Shown piece after piece: positions 46,985 through 57,070 of a stretch of 64,000 nucleotides of DNA. Origin of the DNA: Treponemataceae bacterium (GTDB taxonomy: Bacteria > Spirochaetota > Spirochaetia > Treponematales > Rectinemataceae); the NCBI GenBank assembly GCA_963677895.2, contig CAXXGJ010000018.1:256001-320000 (forward strand). Reading direction: 5' to 3'. Numbering within the stretch: the first letter of the stretch is position 1; the number at the start of each line of letters is the position of its first letter. The position numbers and the translations under genes are program-made. The notes under the pieces are model-generated. The model made no database searches. It was given only the letters and a program-made list of their open reading frames with translations, and had not been told where the DNA came from.

Positions 46985-48016
46985 ATGAAAGCATTGGTCT
47001 ATCACGGTCCGAGGGATCTGCGGTACGAGGAAGTCGAGACGCCGAAGCCGAAAAAGGGCGAGGTCCTGGTGAAGGTCAGATCCGTCTCCATCTGCGGCTC
47101 CGACCTTTCGGGGTACAAGGGCTGTTCGGCAATGCGCGTCGCCCCCCTCATCATGGGCCACGAATTCTCAGGCGAAATCGCCCAACTTGGCGAAGACGTC
47201 TCGGGGCTGAAGGTAGGCGCGCGGGTCGGCGTCGTCACCAACCTCTATTGCGGCACCTGTCAGGACTGCAAGGACGGTCTCCAAAACGTCTGCGACAACC
47301 GCCATATCATCGGCACGACGATGAAGGCCGGAAGCTGCAACGGCGCCATGGCTGACTATGTGATTGCCCCCGCCGTCAAGATAATGCCCCTGCCCGACTC
47401 GGTCTCCTTCGACGAGTGCGCCCTAGTCGAACCTCTCTCCATATCGTTGCGCGCCACCAAGCACGCCGGGGACATCAAAGGCAAGAATGTCGCCGTCTTC
47501 GGGGCCGGCCCGATCGGCCTCATGGGCGTGATGTGCCTCAAGAGCTTCGGCGCCAAGCGGATCGTCGCCATCGATATCGTGGAAAAGCGCCTCAAGATGG
47601 CTCTCCAGTGCGGGGCGACCGACGTCATCGATTCAAATGACGACGTCCTGGGCATCACCAGGAAGATGACGAACGGCGTCGGCCTCGATGTCGTCTTCGA
47701 CGCGGCCGGCGTCCCCGCCACCGTCAACACGGGCATCGAAATAGCGCGCAACGGCGGCACCCTTCTGCTCGTCGGCATGGCCTCGCCCAAGATGGAAATC
47801 GAGTACAAGCACGCGGTCGTCAAGGAACTGCGGCTCCAGAGCAGCTACATGTACACCTCCGAGATGAGGGAAGGCCTGCAGATGATCATCGACGGCAAGC
47901 TCGACGTGGCGCAGATGATCACATCCCGCTACCCCATGGCGGAAGGTCCGCGCATATTCGAGGAACTCGCCTCCGGAAAGACCAGCGACATCAAGGTGAT
48001 TCTGACGAACGAATGA
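46985..48016 (+). CDS. Zn-dependent polyol/sugar dehydrogenase (MDR family)
   Basis: ICGSD, GHEFSG, CGTCQDC...C and GAGPIG. Confidence 0.92.
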   Translation: MKALVYHGPRDLRYEEVETPKPKKGEVLVKVRSVSICGSDLSGYKGCSAMRVAPLIMGHEFSGEIAQLGEDVSGLKVGARVGVVTNLYCGTCQDCKDGLQNVCDNRHIIGTTMKAGSCNGAMADYVIAPAVKIMPLPDSVSFDECALVEPLSISLRATKHAGDIKGKNVAVFGAGPIGLMGVMCLKSFGAKRIVAIDIVEKRLKMALQCGATDVIDSNDDVLGITRKMTNGVGLDVVFDAAGVPATVNTGIEIARNGGTLLLVGMASPKMEIEYKHAVVKELRLQSSYMYTSEMREGLQMIIDGKLDVAQMITSRYPMAEGPRIFEELASGKTSDIKVILTNE

Positions 48017-48690
48017 AGCGGGCCGGGCGCTTCTACGGCGAATTCGCCCTCATCCTCGGTCTCTTGATCAACGCCTGCGCCGTGGCGTTTTTCGCGAAAT
48101 CCGATTTGGGGATGTCGACGCTCGCGCTCGCTTCCTTCGTCCTGAACGGCGCATTCCCCAGACTTTCGTACGGGACTTGGAACTACCTCATCCAATGCGC
48201 GCTGATCCTCGTCCTCGTCTTGCTGATTCGGAAAGTGGCGCCGAGCTTCGTCTTCTCTTTTTTCCTCGCCATCGTCTACGGTCTTCTCATCGACCTTTTT
48301 TCTTTTCTTATAGCGGGGCTTCCCGTTTCGATTCCGGCTCGCGCCCTATACTACCTGATCGGCTTTTCGGGTATCGCGATGGGAACGGCTTTTCTCATCC
48401 AAAGCGAAATGCCTATTCTCCCCTTCGATACCTTCATGAAGGAGATCTCGGCGCATTTCCTGATCCCCTACAAGAAGCTGCGAACCTGGTTCGACATATC
48501 GACCATCGTCATCTCGGCTGGGCTTGGGTACTGGAGGCTGGGGCATATCGTGGGCATTGGCGTCGGAACCCTGCTCAACGCCCTCTTTACGGGGCTGGCG
48601 GTATCCCGCGTGGCAAAGATCCTGGATGGACGATTTAAATTCGTGCCGCGTTTCAAATGGCTCGGATCCCTCGCGCCGCGGCGGCCTTAA
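48013..48690 (+). CDS. YczE/YyaS/YitT family membrane protein
   Basis: Multi-TM protein with LGMS, PFD and IGVGTL. Confidence 0.78.
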   Translation: MKRAGRFYGEFALILGLLINACAVAFFAKSDLGMSTLALASFVLNGAFPRLSYGTWNYLIQCALILVLVLLIRKVAPSFVFSFFLAIVYGLLIDLFSFLIAGLPVSIPARALYYLIGFSGIAMGTAFLIQSEMPILPFDTFMKEISAHFLIPYKKLRTWFDISTIVISAGLGYWRLGHIVGIGVGTLLNALFTGLAVSRVAKILDGRFKFVPRFKWLGSLAPRRP

Positions 48691-48699
48691 TAAGTCCTT

Positions 48700-48942
48700 T
48701 CAGCCTCCCCCGATGAGGGGGAAGATTTCGAGGCTGTCGCCGTCGCGAAGGAGCTTGTCGGCGCTCACCTTGTCGCCGTTGCAGATGCATATGGCCACGG
48801 CATCTTCGGGAATTCCTTTTTCGCGCAGGAATTCACGGATCGTCTTTGGTCCCAAAACCTCGTGATCGATCGGATTATCGGGCATCCATTTCCGGAGGGA
48901 CGCGAAAAGGCGCAGCCGAATTCTGTACGCTTCCATCGCCAT
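48700..48942 (-). CDS. MoaD/ThiS family sulfur carrier
   Basis: LFASLR, NG and L.DGD.L.IFPLIGGG ending in a C-terminal GG. The start may be 48936. Confidence 0.88.
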   Translation of the reverse strand: MAMEAYRIRLRLFASLRKWMPDNPIDHEVLGPKTIREFLREKGIPEDAVAICICNGDKVSADKLLRDGDSLEIFPLIGGG

Positions 48943-48955
48943 ATAATACTCTGAT

Positions 48956-49777
48956 TTACTCGTTTTTCGAAGCCATCCATTCCAGGACTGTCCTTACCGT
49001 TTCAGGGGCATGCTCGTTAAAGGGGAACAGGTGGCTCGCATCCTCGATGATATGCGTTTCGAAAGATGCCGCCCGGGGCGCGGCCTGGAGCAGGTATTCC
49101 GCCACATGGGTTGGAATGGTCTGGTCGCATTCGCCTAGAATCAGCAAGGTATGGGATTTGAGCCGTTTTAGATTCCTGCGGCAGAGTCGATTCAGACGCA
49201 TCAACTCGGCGGCCGGCGCCACCATCACATCGGCCCAATAATCAGGCTGCAAAGCTTTCCTCGCCGGGCTCTGCATATCAAAAGCGGAGAGCGGGCGGTT
49301 CTGGGGAATGACGCGCCAGAAACGCGCGATCAAGGGAGTCATGTTCATGTACTTTATGGAAATCTCAAAGGCCGGCGCCAAAAGGATCAGCTTCGGCGCG
49401 CCGAAACTTATCGCGATGGAAGAAGCCAACAGCCCACCCATGGAATGCCCCGCGACATGCACAACCTCATATTCCGCGCGTAGCTCGAGATAGGCATCAT
49501 ATGCCCTGCGTGTCCAATCCTCCGCCCTCGTCTGCAGAAAGTCGCGCCTGCAGGTCCCATGTCCTGGATAGCGTGGCGCGTAGACCGCGTACCCCGCGGA
49601 CGCCAAGCCCTGAGCCAAGGGTTCAAGTTCGCCGGGAATACCGCCGAAACCATGAAGCAGCAGCACCGCCTCGCGCGCTCCCTCCGGATCGATCCTGATC
49701 GGCAATGCTTCTTGCACGGGAAGTCTTATTTTTTTTGTCTCGGAATCGATCTGAAGCAACTCGTTTAGACGTGACAT
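48956..49777 (-). CDS. Alpha/beta hydrolase (carboxylesterase / monoacylglycerol lipase-like)
   Basis: LLHGFGG, PGHG, GHSMGG nucleophile elbow, D (GECD) and H (ASH). Confidence 0.9.
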   Translation of the reverse strand: MSRLNELLQIDSETKKIRLPVQEALPIRIDPEGAREAVLLLHGFGGIPGELEPLAQGLASAGYAVYAPRYPGHGTCRRDFLQTRAEDWTRRAYDAYLELRAEYEVVHVAGHSMGGLLASSIAISFGAPKLILLAPAFEISIKYMNMTPLIARFWRVIPQNRPLSAFDMQSPARKALQPDYWADVMVAPAAELMRLNRLCRRNLKRLKSHTLLILGECDQTIPTHVAEYLLQAAPRAASFETHIIEDASHLFPFNEHAPETVRTVLEWMASKNE

Positions 49778-49917
49778 GATCCCATGCTAGCGCAGGATGG
49801 ACCTCAGAGCAAGCAAGGACTCGGCGACAGGTTGCCTTGAAATACTTGATAAAATACATGGCAACAGGCATATATTGGTTTGCATTTTTCCGCTGAAAGT
49901 GTTTCAATACCCGACTG

Positions 49918-50163
49918 ATGACCGATGTTACCTTCGACGATCCCGGCTTCCTTCTGCGACTCGCCAACGCACGTATGCCCTTTGGAAAGTACGCGGGGCG
50001 CCTACTAATCGACTTGCCCGAAGCCTATGTGGTTTGGTTTGCCCGATCCGGCTACCCAAATGGCGAGATTGGGGAACAGCTGGCTTCGCTTTACGCGATC
50101 AAGGAGAATGGGCTGGAGGGGCTTCTTCGACCATTGGTGCGGGAAGCGAATGTGGTCTCTTGA
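49918..50163 (+). CDS. DUF3820 family small protein
   Basis: MPFGKYAGR.LIDLPEAYVVWF...YAIKENGLE.LL.PL. Confidence 0.85.
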   Translation: MTDVTFDDPGFLLRLANARMPFGKYAGRLLIDLPEAYVVWFARSGYPNGEIGEQLASLYAIKENGLEGLLRPLVREANVVS

Positions 50164-50207
50164 TATGCTATCGCTTTCGTTCAACCCTAGGATGTTATCC
50201 CAGAATA

Positions 50208-51821
50208 TTAGTCTCTTGTCAGTTGTATCCCTGTAGCTTTGGCGAAGATTCGCGCGAGCTGGTTGAGATATCCACCTTCAGCATGGTAGGCCTGCAACGA
50301 TATGGGGCTTGGGTGAATTAGCGGACCAGGATTTGCGGCCAATCCGCGCGCGCGCTGAGCCAGCGCATCGCGCTCTGATTCTGGCGCAAGCGCGCAAATT
50401 GCCGCCACGGCTGCGCCTGCCGCAGCTCCCGCGTTTGCGATGGGAAGAACTGGCTTGCGCCAGATTGCGGCTATCCTTTTGAGAATTCCGATGCTGGCAG
50501 TCGCTCCTCCCGTCACCGTGATGACGTCTCCATGACCAGTAAATTCTCTAGACGCAAGCGCCACAAGCCCTAATGTTGAGTCAACACATCCGGCATAATC
50601 CGTATCGAATTGTCCTGTTTTTCCGATATCAAGCGCAGGTGAGCAAGGAAAGCTTTCCGAAGTGCTCTGCAGCAGCCGCATTATAGTTCCTGGTTCAACG
50701 GTCGCAAGGGATTGCTCGGCTCTCCCGAAATCGTCTGCGTCGCCATAATGTGCGCGGATGCTCTCCAGGGTAAGGGATCCGTTTGTTCTGCAACCGAAGA
50801 GAAAAGGCCTGCCTAGACCATCATACATCGCATTGGCGGAGACGAGGGGGCGGGTTCCTTCTCCCATGATTACAAAACTGGTGCCAAGGGAGAGCAATGC
50901 CCCGGAAGCCAGAACCTTGGTCTGGGGGTTGTCGCCGGAGGATGCGATGATAAAACATTCCGGAGGGATACCATATCGTTCGGTAAAGTAGGCGGCAATC
51001 GTCCCGGTTTTGGAGAGCGGATGAGCGATTTCGGGAAGTCTGGATTTTAGGCCCTTCGTTCCTCCGCGTATTTTCCCGGCATTTGCGGCCGCCGCGATCA
51101 ATATTGGATCCCAACTTCGGCTTTCCCAATTCATTAAGCTTGTTCCGGAGCCGTTTCCCCAGTCTATCGGAGCATCCGGATTGCCCGAGAGAATTGCCGC
51201 GAGAAATGAAGATATCAAATGTATACGGTATGTTTTCTTATAGCTATCGGAGGATAGCTTCGCTGTACGCGCGAGTACGGCTCCTGAGAATCTCGCGGGG
51301 CTGTCCGAGCCGGATCGCGAGGTAACCGCTTCCGCACCTCCAAGTTCCTTCCTGATCGCATCAGCCTCGGGCTGCGCGTTGGAGCTCATCCAGATGGGTG
51401 CCCGGTCGTATGCCAAACCCGGGCAGACCTGATCAGCGAGAGACCTGGATAGAGCGAGTCCGGAGCCTTCTCGCCTGAGAGCGGCGATAGCCTTGCAGCC
51501 CGATTCTCCCACCCATACTTGGCCATGCTGTTGTGCAGAGAGATTTATTGCCGCGAGCCGGGATAATGCTTCTTGTGGCAGATCGGAAAAAATTGCGTCG
51601 AGCGCTTCAAGAAAAAGCTCCACAGGTTGGGATGCTTCCCCCTTTTCGATCGGGAACAGGATTGGCGCTCCAGAACCAAGACCTAAGTGCGATAAACGAG
51701 GATCTTCGCGATATTTGACTTTAGCTTCCGCGACAGTCGTGAAAGTTTCGCGGTCAAGGATAATGGCTGTAGTGCTCTGTGTGCTGGAATCAATGCCGAG
51801 TACATAGCTTTCGTCGTTCAT
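50208..51821 (-). CDS. xylB: FGGY carbohydrate kinase, xylulokinase-like (eukaryote-type motifs)
   Basis: LGIDSSTQS, AQQHG.V, GS...RFSG, LISSFLA, GDNP, SLGTS, NGSL and TGGA. Confidence 0.8.
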   Translation of the reverse strand: MNDESYVLGIDSSTQSTTAIILDRETFTTVAEAKVKYREDPRLSHLGLGSGAPILFPIEKGEASQPVELFLEALDAIFSDLPQEALSRLAAINLSAQQHGQVWVGESGCKAIAALRREGSGLALSRSLADQVCPGLAYDRAPIWMSSNAQPEADAIRKELGGAEAVTSRSGSDSPARFSGAVLARTAKLSSDSYKKTYRIHLISSFLAAILSGNPDAPIDWGNGSGTSLMNWESRSWDPILIAAAANAGKIRGGTKGLKSRLPEIAHPLSKTGTIAAYFTERYGIPPECFIIASSGDNPQTKVLASGALLSLGTSFVIMGEGTRPLVSANAMYDGLGRPFLFGCRTNGSLTLESIRAHYGDADDFGRAEQSLATVEPGTIMRLLQSTSESFPCSPALDIGKTGQFDTDYAGCVDSTLGLVALASREFTGHGDVITVTGGATASIGILKRIAAIWRKPVLPIANAGAAAGAAVAAICALAPESERDALAQRARGLAANPGPLIHPSPISLQAYHAEGGYLNQLARIFAKATGIQLTRD

Positions 51822-51891
51822 TGAACTTTTCCTTGTCTGCGGTTATCTCGATTCTTAGAGTCTGCTCGCGCCGAGGGCAAATTATGCGCGG

Positions 51892-52929
51892 TCACATGCT
51901 GACCATGATTTTTATTGCATCCTCGGGCATAGTGGCGGCAAAATTGAACCCTTCAATCGCGTTCTTGAAATCGTAATGATGGGTAATGAGGGGTTTTACG
52001 GCCATGGTTCCGGCAGAAATCATGTTGATGGTTCGAGGGTACATGTTTCTGTATCTGAAAATATGCTTGATTTCGATTTCTTTTACTTCCGCTGCGACTA
52101 TGTCATACGGGAGAGGGCTGGAAGGCATACCGATCATCACCGCTTTCCCGGCCGGTCGCAGATAACGGATCATACTTGCGACGGCCTCAGCGCTGCCGCT
52201 TGCTTCAAAGACTACGTCAACACCTGTCGGCGCGTATTTAGATACTTCTTGATCAAGAGATTCCTTCGCCGAGTTGACGCATATGATGTTCTCTGAGAAG
52301 TTTTCCCTTACGATATCGAGCTTCTTCTGCTTAATATCGCTCAAGATAACCTTTGAGCAGCCTGACGCGAGCGCTGCCAGCGCCGTCACAATTCCTATAG
52401 TGCCAGCTCCAAAGACTAAAGCGACATTTCCGGGTTCCAGTTTTGCGGTTGTCGCCGCATAAACGCCTATCGCAAGAGGTTCCACTAAGGCGCCTTCTTC
52501 AAGTGACACATTGTCTGGAAGCTTAAAAGTAAAGCTCGCAGGATGAACAATGGATTCGCGCATACATCCATGAATGGGAGGGGTAGCCCAAAATCGTACG
52601 GAAGGGTCGAGATTATAATGACCGGAGAGCGTGGAATCACTGTCAAACTCAGGAATGCCAGGCTCCATGCAGACTCGATCTCCGACTTTCAAATTCTTTA
52701 CTTCTGTCCCGACTTCAAGAACTATCCCACTAGCTTCGTGGCCAAGGATCATCGGCTCCTTGACGACAAATTCTCCGATGCGCCCGTTTGTGAAGTAATG
52801 TATGTCGCTACCGCAAATACCCACTTTCTTGATGCTAATCCGCACGTCCCTTGGCGAGAGTGGTTCTTCTAGATGGAAATCCTCAATCGCCAGTATGTTC
52901 GTTTCTCTAAGAATCAACGCCTTCATCAT
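51892..52929 (-). CDS. NAD-dependent xylitol/sorbitol dehydrogenase (D-xylulose reductase)
   Basis: [39 protein letters not shown] and FRY; GGAGG upstream. Confidence 0.88.
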   Translation of the reverse strand: MMKALILRETNILAIEDFHLEEPLSPRDVRISIKKVGICGSDIHYFTNGRIGEFVVKEPMILGHEASGIVLEVGTEVKNLKVGDRVCMEPGIPEFDSDSTLSGHYNLDPSVRFWATPPIHGCMRESIVHPASFTFKLPDNVSLEEGALVEPLAIGVYAATTAKLEPGNVALVFGAGTIGIVTALAALASGCSKVILSDIKQKKLDIVRENFSENIICVNSAKESLDQEVSKYAPTGVDVVFEASGSAEAVASMIRYLRPAGKAVMIGMPSSPLPYDIVAAEVKEIEIKHIFRYRNMYPRTINMISAGTMAVKPLITHHYDFKNAIEGFNFAATMPEDAIKIMVSM

Positions 52930-53281
52930 AACCTCCAGACTTCGGCTAATAAAAACATCGTTGACAGCCTTATTTTCACACATCAGTTTCTACACAAAAA
53001 GCAAGGACTGTCAAGAAAAATTGTGAAATATATGCCAAATTTGCGCAAAATATATAATACTATATGATATCTACTTAATTATGGTTTTCTGAATGCCATT
53101 ATTGATTTGTTCCTTATGTCTATTCTCGTTTCATCAGGTGAGTCAATATGGGTATATATCTTTAGCAATATGATATACGGATATTATCTGCATGCGCGTT
53201 TTTCGATTTTCCAGTCTTTTTTATTGTCAGCCTGATTCCCGACTATGAGATTTATTTTTTGTGCGACAATAAATATTTTGC

Positions 53282-53355
53282 TTGACAATTTCAATAAAGG
53301 CTTTCAATAATAGTTCATGGTTAATTTTTCAAAGCATAATTTGCTGAAAAAATTA
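53282..53355 (+). promoter_or_regulatory. Promoter and inverted repeat upstream of the sugar ABC operon
   Basis: TTGACA at 53282, an AATAAT-like -10 near 53306, and the inverted repeat TAATTTTTC-AA-AGCA-TAATT-TGCT-GAAAAAATTA. Confidence 0.45.
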
Positions 53356-53413
53356 GCAAAAATGCTCGAAAAGCCATTACTCTGATCAGGAGTAGGCAGA
53401 ACAGGAGGACAAG

Positions 53414-54361
53414 ATGTCTAAAAAGATCGTTCTTGTAATGATGCTCGCCATTATGGTGTCTGGCGTAGCATTTGGACAAGGGAAAGTCTACAAAGTCGCG
53501 TACATCGCCCGCGCTCAAGCAGACTCCTTTGCGGCATGGTTGGCAAACTCCATCATAGAAGAAGCTAAGAAGTATCCGAATATTAGCCTCAAAGTGTTTG
53601 ACGGCCAAGCCAACGACGATACTGAAAACTCACTCATCGAGAACGCGATCACAAACAAGTTCGACGCGATTATTGTGCAGCCCAATAACGGTGAGTCGCA
53701 GCGTCCCTATGTTGAAAAGATTGTCAAAGCAGGCATCATTGCCATCACGACGAACGCCCGCATCGCTGGCATCAAGGGAGCCTCATCCGTCGATGCCGAC
53801 CCCTATGCCCAAGCCGCGGTAAACGCCAAGCTCGCCCTCAAACAGATTCCGCAGAACGCGAAAGTAGTCGTCCTGAATGGACCGTCCGGCAACTTCCATG
53901 CCGATGCTCGCCGTGCTAGCTGGCAGAAAGAATTCTTCGACAAGCGCAAAGACGTAAAAATTGTCGGCGAGCAAATCGCTCACTGGAACAAAGATGAAGC
54001 GATGCGCTACATGGAAGACTGGGTGCAGGCAAATCCCAAGATCGACGCTATCATCTCCATGAACGACAATATGGCGGCAGGCGCTCTCGAAGTCGTGAAG
54101 AACAAACCATCCTTCAAGGGAATCTTTGCCTATGGCGTCGATGGTACCGCTGAAGCCGCCCTTCTCATCAGGGATGGTCAACTTACCGCGACAAGCCTCC
54201 AAAGCGCTTATGATCTTGCCGTAAAAAACCTTGACACGGTAAACAAACTCCTTACCGGAAAGGCGAAACAGATCGATGTTGATATCGACTGTCCGCTTAT
54301 TACGAAGGAGAATGTCGAAAAACTGATAGAGACCCATAAAAAGGCCGGCGCGATTAAATAA
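53414..54361 (+). CDS. Sugar ABC transporter substrate-binding protein (RbsB-like)
   Basis: Signal peptide, DAIIVQP, NDNMAAGA and GVDGT. Confidence 0.9.
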   Translation: MSKKIVLVMMLAIMVSGVAFGQGKVYKVAYIARAQADSFAAWLANSIIEEAKKYPNISLKVFDGQANDDTENSLIENAITNKFDAIIVQPNNGESQRPYVEKIVKAGIIAITTNARIAGIKGASSVDADPYAQAAVNAKLALKQIPQNAKVVVLNGPSGNFHADARRASWQKEFFDKRKDVKIVGEQIAHWNKDEAMRYMEDWVQANPKIDAIISMNDNMAAGALEVVKNKPSFKGIFAYGVDGTAEAALLIRDGQLTATSLQSAYDLAVKNLDTVNKLLTGKAKQIDVDIDCPLITKENVEKLIETHKKAGAIK

Positions 54362-54387
54362 TCTTCCGAGACTTGATTGAGACTTCT

Positions 54388-54425
54388 GCATGCCTTGAGC
54401 TTTTGCTCTTGGCATGCTTTTCTTT
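54388..54425 (+). terminator. Intercistronic intrinsic terminator / stem-loop
   Basis: GCATGCC-TT-GAGC-TTTT-GCTC-TT-GGCATGC followed by TTTTCTTT. Confidence 0.65.
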
Positions 54426-54465
54426 GAATATATCCAATATCAGGTTATGCAATGCAGAGGCTTAA

Positions 54466-55974
54466 ATGGATTCGTATAAGCTCCAGGTCAAGAATATTTG
54501 CAAATCGTTTCCCGGGGTTCTTGCCTTGGACAATATTACTTTAAATGCCCGTGCTGGTTCTGTTCTTGTGCTTTGTGGAGAGAATGGCGCCGGGAAATCC
54601 ACCTTGATGAAAATCATCGATGGCGTTTATCAGCCGGACAGGGGCGATATTCTGATCGACGGGAAGAAAGTCCACATCCGCAATCCCATCCAGGCTAGGG
54701 GCTATGGAATTTCCATGATTTTTCAGGAGCTAAATTACATTCCTGAAATGACGGTGGAAGAAAGTCTTTTTTGTGGGCGCTTGCCAAAAAATGCGTGCAA
54801 AATCGACTGGAAAGTTATCCGTTCTCGAACTAAGGAACTCCTTGAGAAGGAAAATCTTGCCTATTCGCCTACCATGCAGATGAAGGATCTTTCGGTATCC
54901 GATCGACAAATGCTTGAGATCATAAAGGCCATTTCCATCGATGCGAGAATCATCATCATGGATGAGCCAACCTCCGCAATATCCGATCGCGAAGTTGAGA
55001 GGCTTTTTTGCAAGATAGCCGAACTCAAGGCTCGTGGGACTTGCGTCATTTATATTTCCCACAAAATGGATGAGATCTTCCAGATTGCTGACGATATCGC
55101 AATCCTGCGAGATGGGAGGGTAATCGACTGCAGGCCGCGAGAGCAGCTGACGATCGATGAAGTCATCTCCTTGATGGTCGGACGAAAGATCGATAGCAAT
55201 TATCCGAAACGAATAATTCCAATTGGCGATGTTTCGCTCAACGTTACATCGCTCACTGAGCCCAATGTTTTCAAGAATATCAATTTCTTTGCCAAGCAAG
55301 GCGAGATCGTCGGCTTTTCCGGGCTCATGGGCGCTGGGCGAACCGAGGTGATGCGCGCCCTTTTCGGACTGGATCCTCATGAATCGGGAGACGTTGAAGT
55401 ACATGGCAAAAAAGTAAAAATTGGCAGTGTGCAGGATAGCATTAAAGCGGGGATCGCCATGCTATCGGAGGATAGGCATCGGTTTGGAATCATCCCGGTA
55501 CGCAGCGTCCGTGAGAATATCGGGCTATCAAGTCTGCATCGTTTTATTTATCGGGGTCGTCTCCATGCCGCGAAGGAAAATTCGGTTATTTCTGATATTT
55601 GTTCACGAATGAACGTCAAAACGCCATCGCTCGCCACGACGGTTGAAGCGCTGAGTGGCGGCAATCAGCAAAAGGTCGTCTTGAGCAAATGGATGTTAAG
55701 CGATCCTGACATTTTAATTCTTGATGAGCCTACCCGCGGCATTGATGTCGGCGCAAAATACGAGATTTATAAGCTTATCGGGGATCTTGCCGCCGAGAAA
55801 AAAACTCTGATTGTCGTTTCTTCGGAACTCCCCGAACTCATTGGAATGTGCGATCGTATCTATGTAATGTGTAAGGGCGAAATTGCCGGCGAGCTTAAGC
55901 ATGAAGAATTCAGCCAGGAAACTATCATGCGTTTAGCTACAGGATATGAAAAAGGAAAGAGGTGTACATTGTGA
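54466..55974 (+). CDS. Sugar ABC transporter ATP-binding protein (RbsA/MglA-like, two ABC domains)
   Basis: GENGAGKST, DEPT, LSGGNQQK and DEPTRGIDVGAK. Confidence 0.95.
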   Translation: MDSYKLQVKNICKSFPGVLALDNITLNARAGSVLVLCGENGAGKSTLMKIIDGVYQPDRGDILIDGKKVHIRNPIQARGYGISMIFQELNYIPEMTVEESLFCGRLPKNACKIDWKVIRSRTKELLEKENLAYSPTMQMKDLSVSDRQMLEIIKAISIDARIIIMDEPTSAISDREVERLFCKIAELKARGTCVIYISHKMDEIFQIADDIAILRDGRVIDCRPREQLTIDEVISLMVGRKIDSNYPKRIIPIGDVSLNVTSLTEPNVFKNINFFAKQGEIVGFSGLMGAGRTEVMRALFGLDPHESGDVEVHGKKVKIGSVQDSIKAGIAMLSEDRHRFGIIPVRSVRENIGLSSLHRFIYRGRLHAAKENSVISDICSRMNVKTPSLATTVEALSGGNQQKVVLSKWMLSDPDILILDEPTRGIDVGAKYEIYKLIGDLAAEKKTLIVVSSELPELIGMCDRIYVMCKGEIAGELKHEEFSQETIMRLATGYEKGKRCTL

Positions 55975-56954
55975 AAGAAGCGGGAAAGCAGCCAATCTCC
56001 TGGTCGACTATCAGCCGACGCTATAGCATCTACCTGGTGCTTCTGGCACTGGTAGTGATTAGTTCCATCATCAATTCTAATTTTCTTTCGGGTGAAAATA
56101 TTTCCAATGTCGCGAGACAAATTTCTGTAACGACGATCCTGGCCTTCGGCGAGACGATATTGATTATTTGCGGGCTCCTCGATCTTTCATCGGGATCTGT
56201 GCTTGCCTTATCCGGCTTGCTCTCGGTCGCGAGCTACAAATTGTCCGGTTCCATGCCATTGGCAATATTAGTCGCCGTAGGGGTCGCGATGCTCTGCAAC
56301 TTTATCACCGCCATCATGGTGACTCGATTTTCTGCTCCCGCTTTCATTGCGACCCTCGCCATGCAGGAAATGGCGCGTGGGTCGGCCCTGTTGTTTTCAA
56401 AAGGACAAAATATTTACCAGATAGGCAATTATACGATACTTGGACAGGGATCGATAGGATTTGCGCCTATCCCTCTTTTCTTTTTCGCGGGCATATTTCT
56501 GCTCACATTGTATATACTCAGCAATACCCGTTTCGGACGCGCGCTCTATGCGATCGGGGGGAATCAGGAAGCGGCGAAAGCGTCGGGCATCAACGTCAAT
56601 CGAACGAAAATAATCGCGTTTCTCATAAATGGATTGTTTGTCGGCATCGCAGGAGTTCTCTTTATGTCGCGCGTGAATGCGGGGCTTCCGAATGGTGCAA
56701 TAAACTATGAATTTCAGGCTTTGACATCCTCGATAATTGGAGGCACAAGTTTTTCTGGCGGTATAGGTACTGCCGGGGGTACTGTCGTGGGAGCCCTCAT
56801 CGTGGGATTTCTCAATAATATAATGAACCTTATGAATGTGAACTCCTATGTACAGCAGATCGCCCGCGGTGGCATAATCGCGCTGGCGGTAATTTATGAT
56901 ATTTGGACCAAGAACAGGCGCACAAGGAACCTCGTAAGGGCAGTCTTAAAGTAA
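55971..56954 (+). CDS. Sugar ABC transporter permease (RbsC-like)
   Basis: DLSSGS, FIATLA, TRFGRALYAIGGN.EAA..SGI and IGGTSF.GG.G. Confidence 0.93.
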   Translation: MKEAGKQPISWSTISRRYSIYLVLLALVVISSIINSNFLSGENISNVARQISVTTILAFGETILIICGLLDLSSGSVLALSGLLSVASYKLSGSMPLAILVAVGVAMLCNFITAIMVTRFSAPAFIATLAMQEMARGSALLFSKGQNIYQIGNYTILGQGSIGFAPIPLFFFAGIFLLTLYILSNTRFGRALYAIGGNQEAAKASGINVNRTKIIAFLINGLFVGIAGVLFMSRVNAGLPNGAINYEFQALTSSIIGGTSFSGGIGTAGGTVVGALIVGFLNNIMNLMNVNSYVQQIARGGIIALAVIYDIWTKNRRTRNLVRAVLK

Positions 56955-57070
56955 GTCCTGTCCCGGATAAGAATAGCTTGACGTGGAGACGAACGATCGA
57001 TACAGTTCTTTTGTCTATTCTATGTAATGCCGATTTACGCGGCTTTTAATGCACGCTAGGTGGAATCGTA

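Noticed and set aside
46985..48016. Calling the Zn-dehydrogenase iolM
   Set aside because: Only generic MDR motifs are visible, so orthology cannot be supported without a phylogeny.
49797..50321. 174-aa plus-strand ORF
   Set aside because: It overlaps the well-supported DUF3820 gene in another frame and also the kinase 3' end.
52930..53413. Small ORFs or an ncRNA in the AT-rich intergenic region
   Set aside because: No SD-linked credible ORF or recognisable RNA motif. The region is best explained as divergent promoters.
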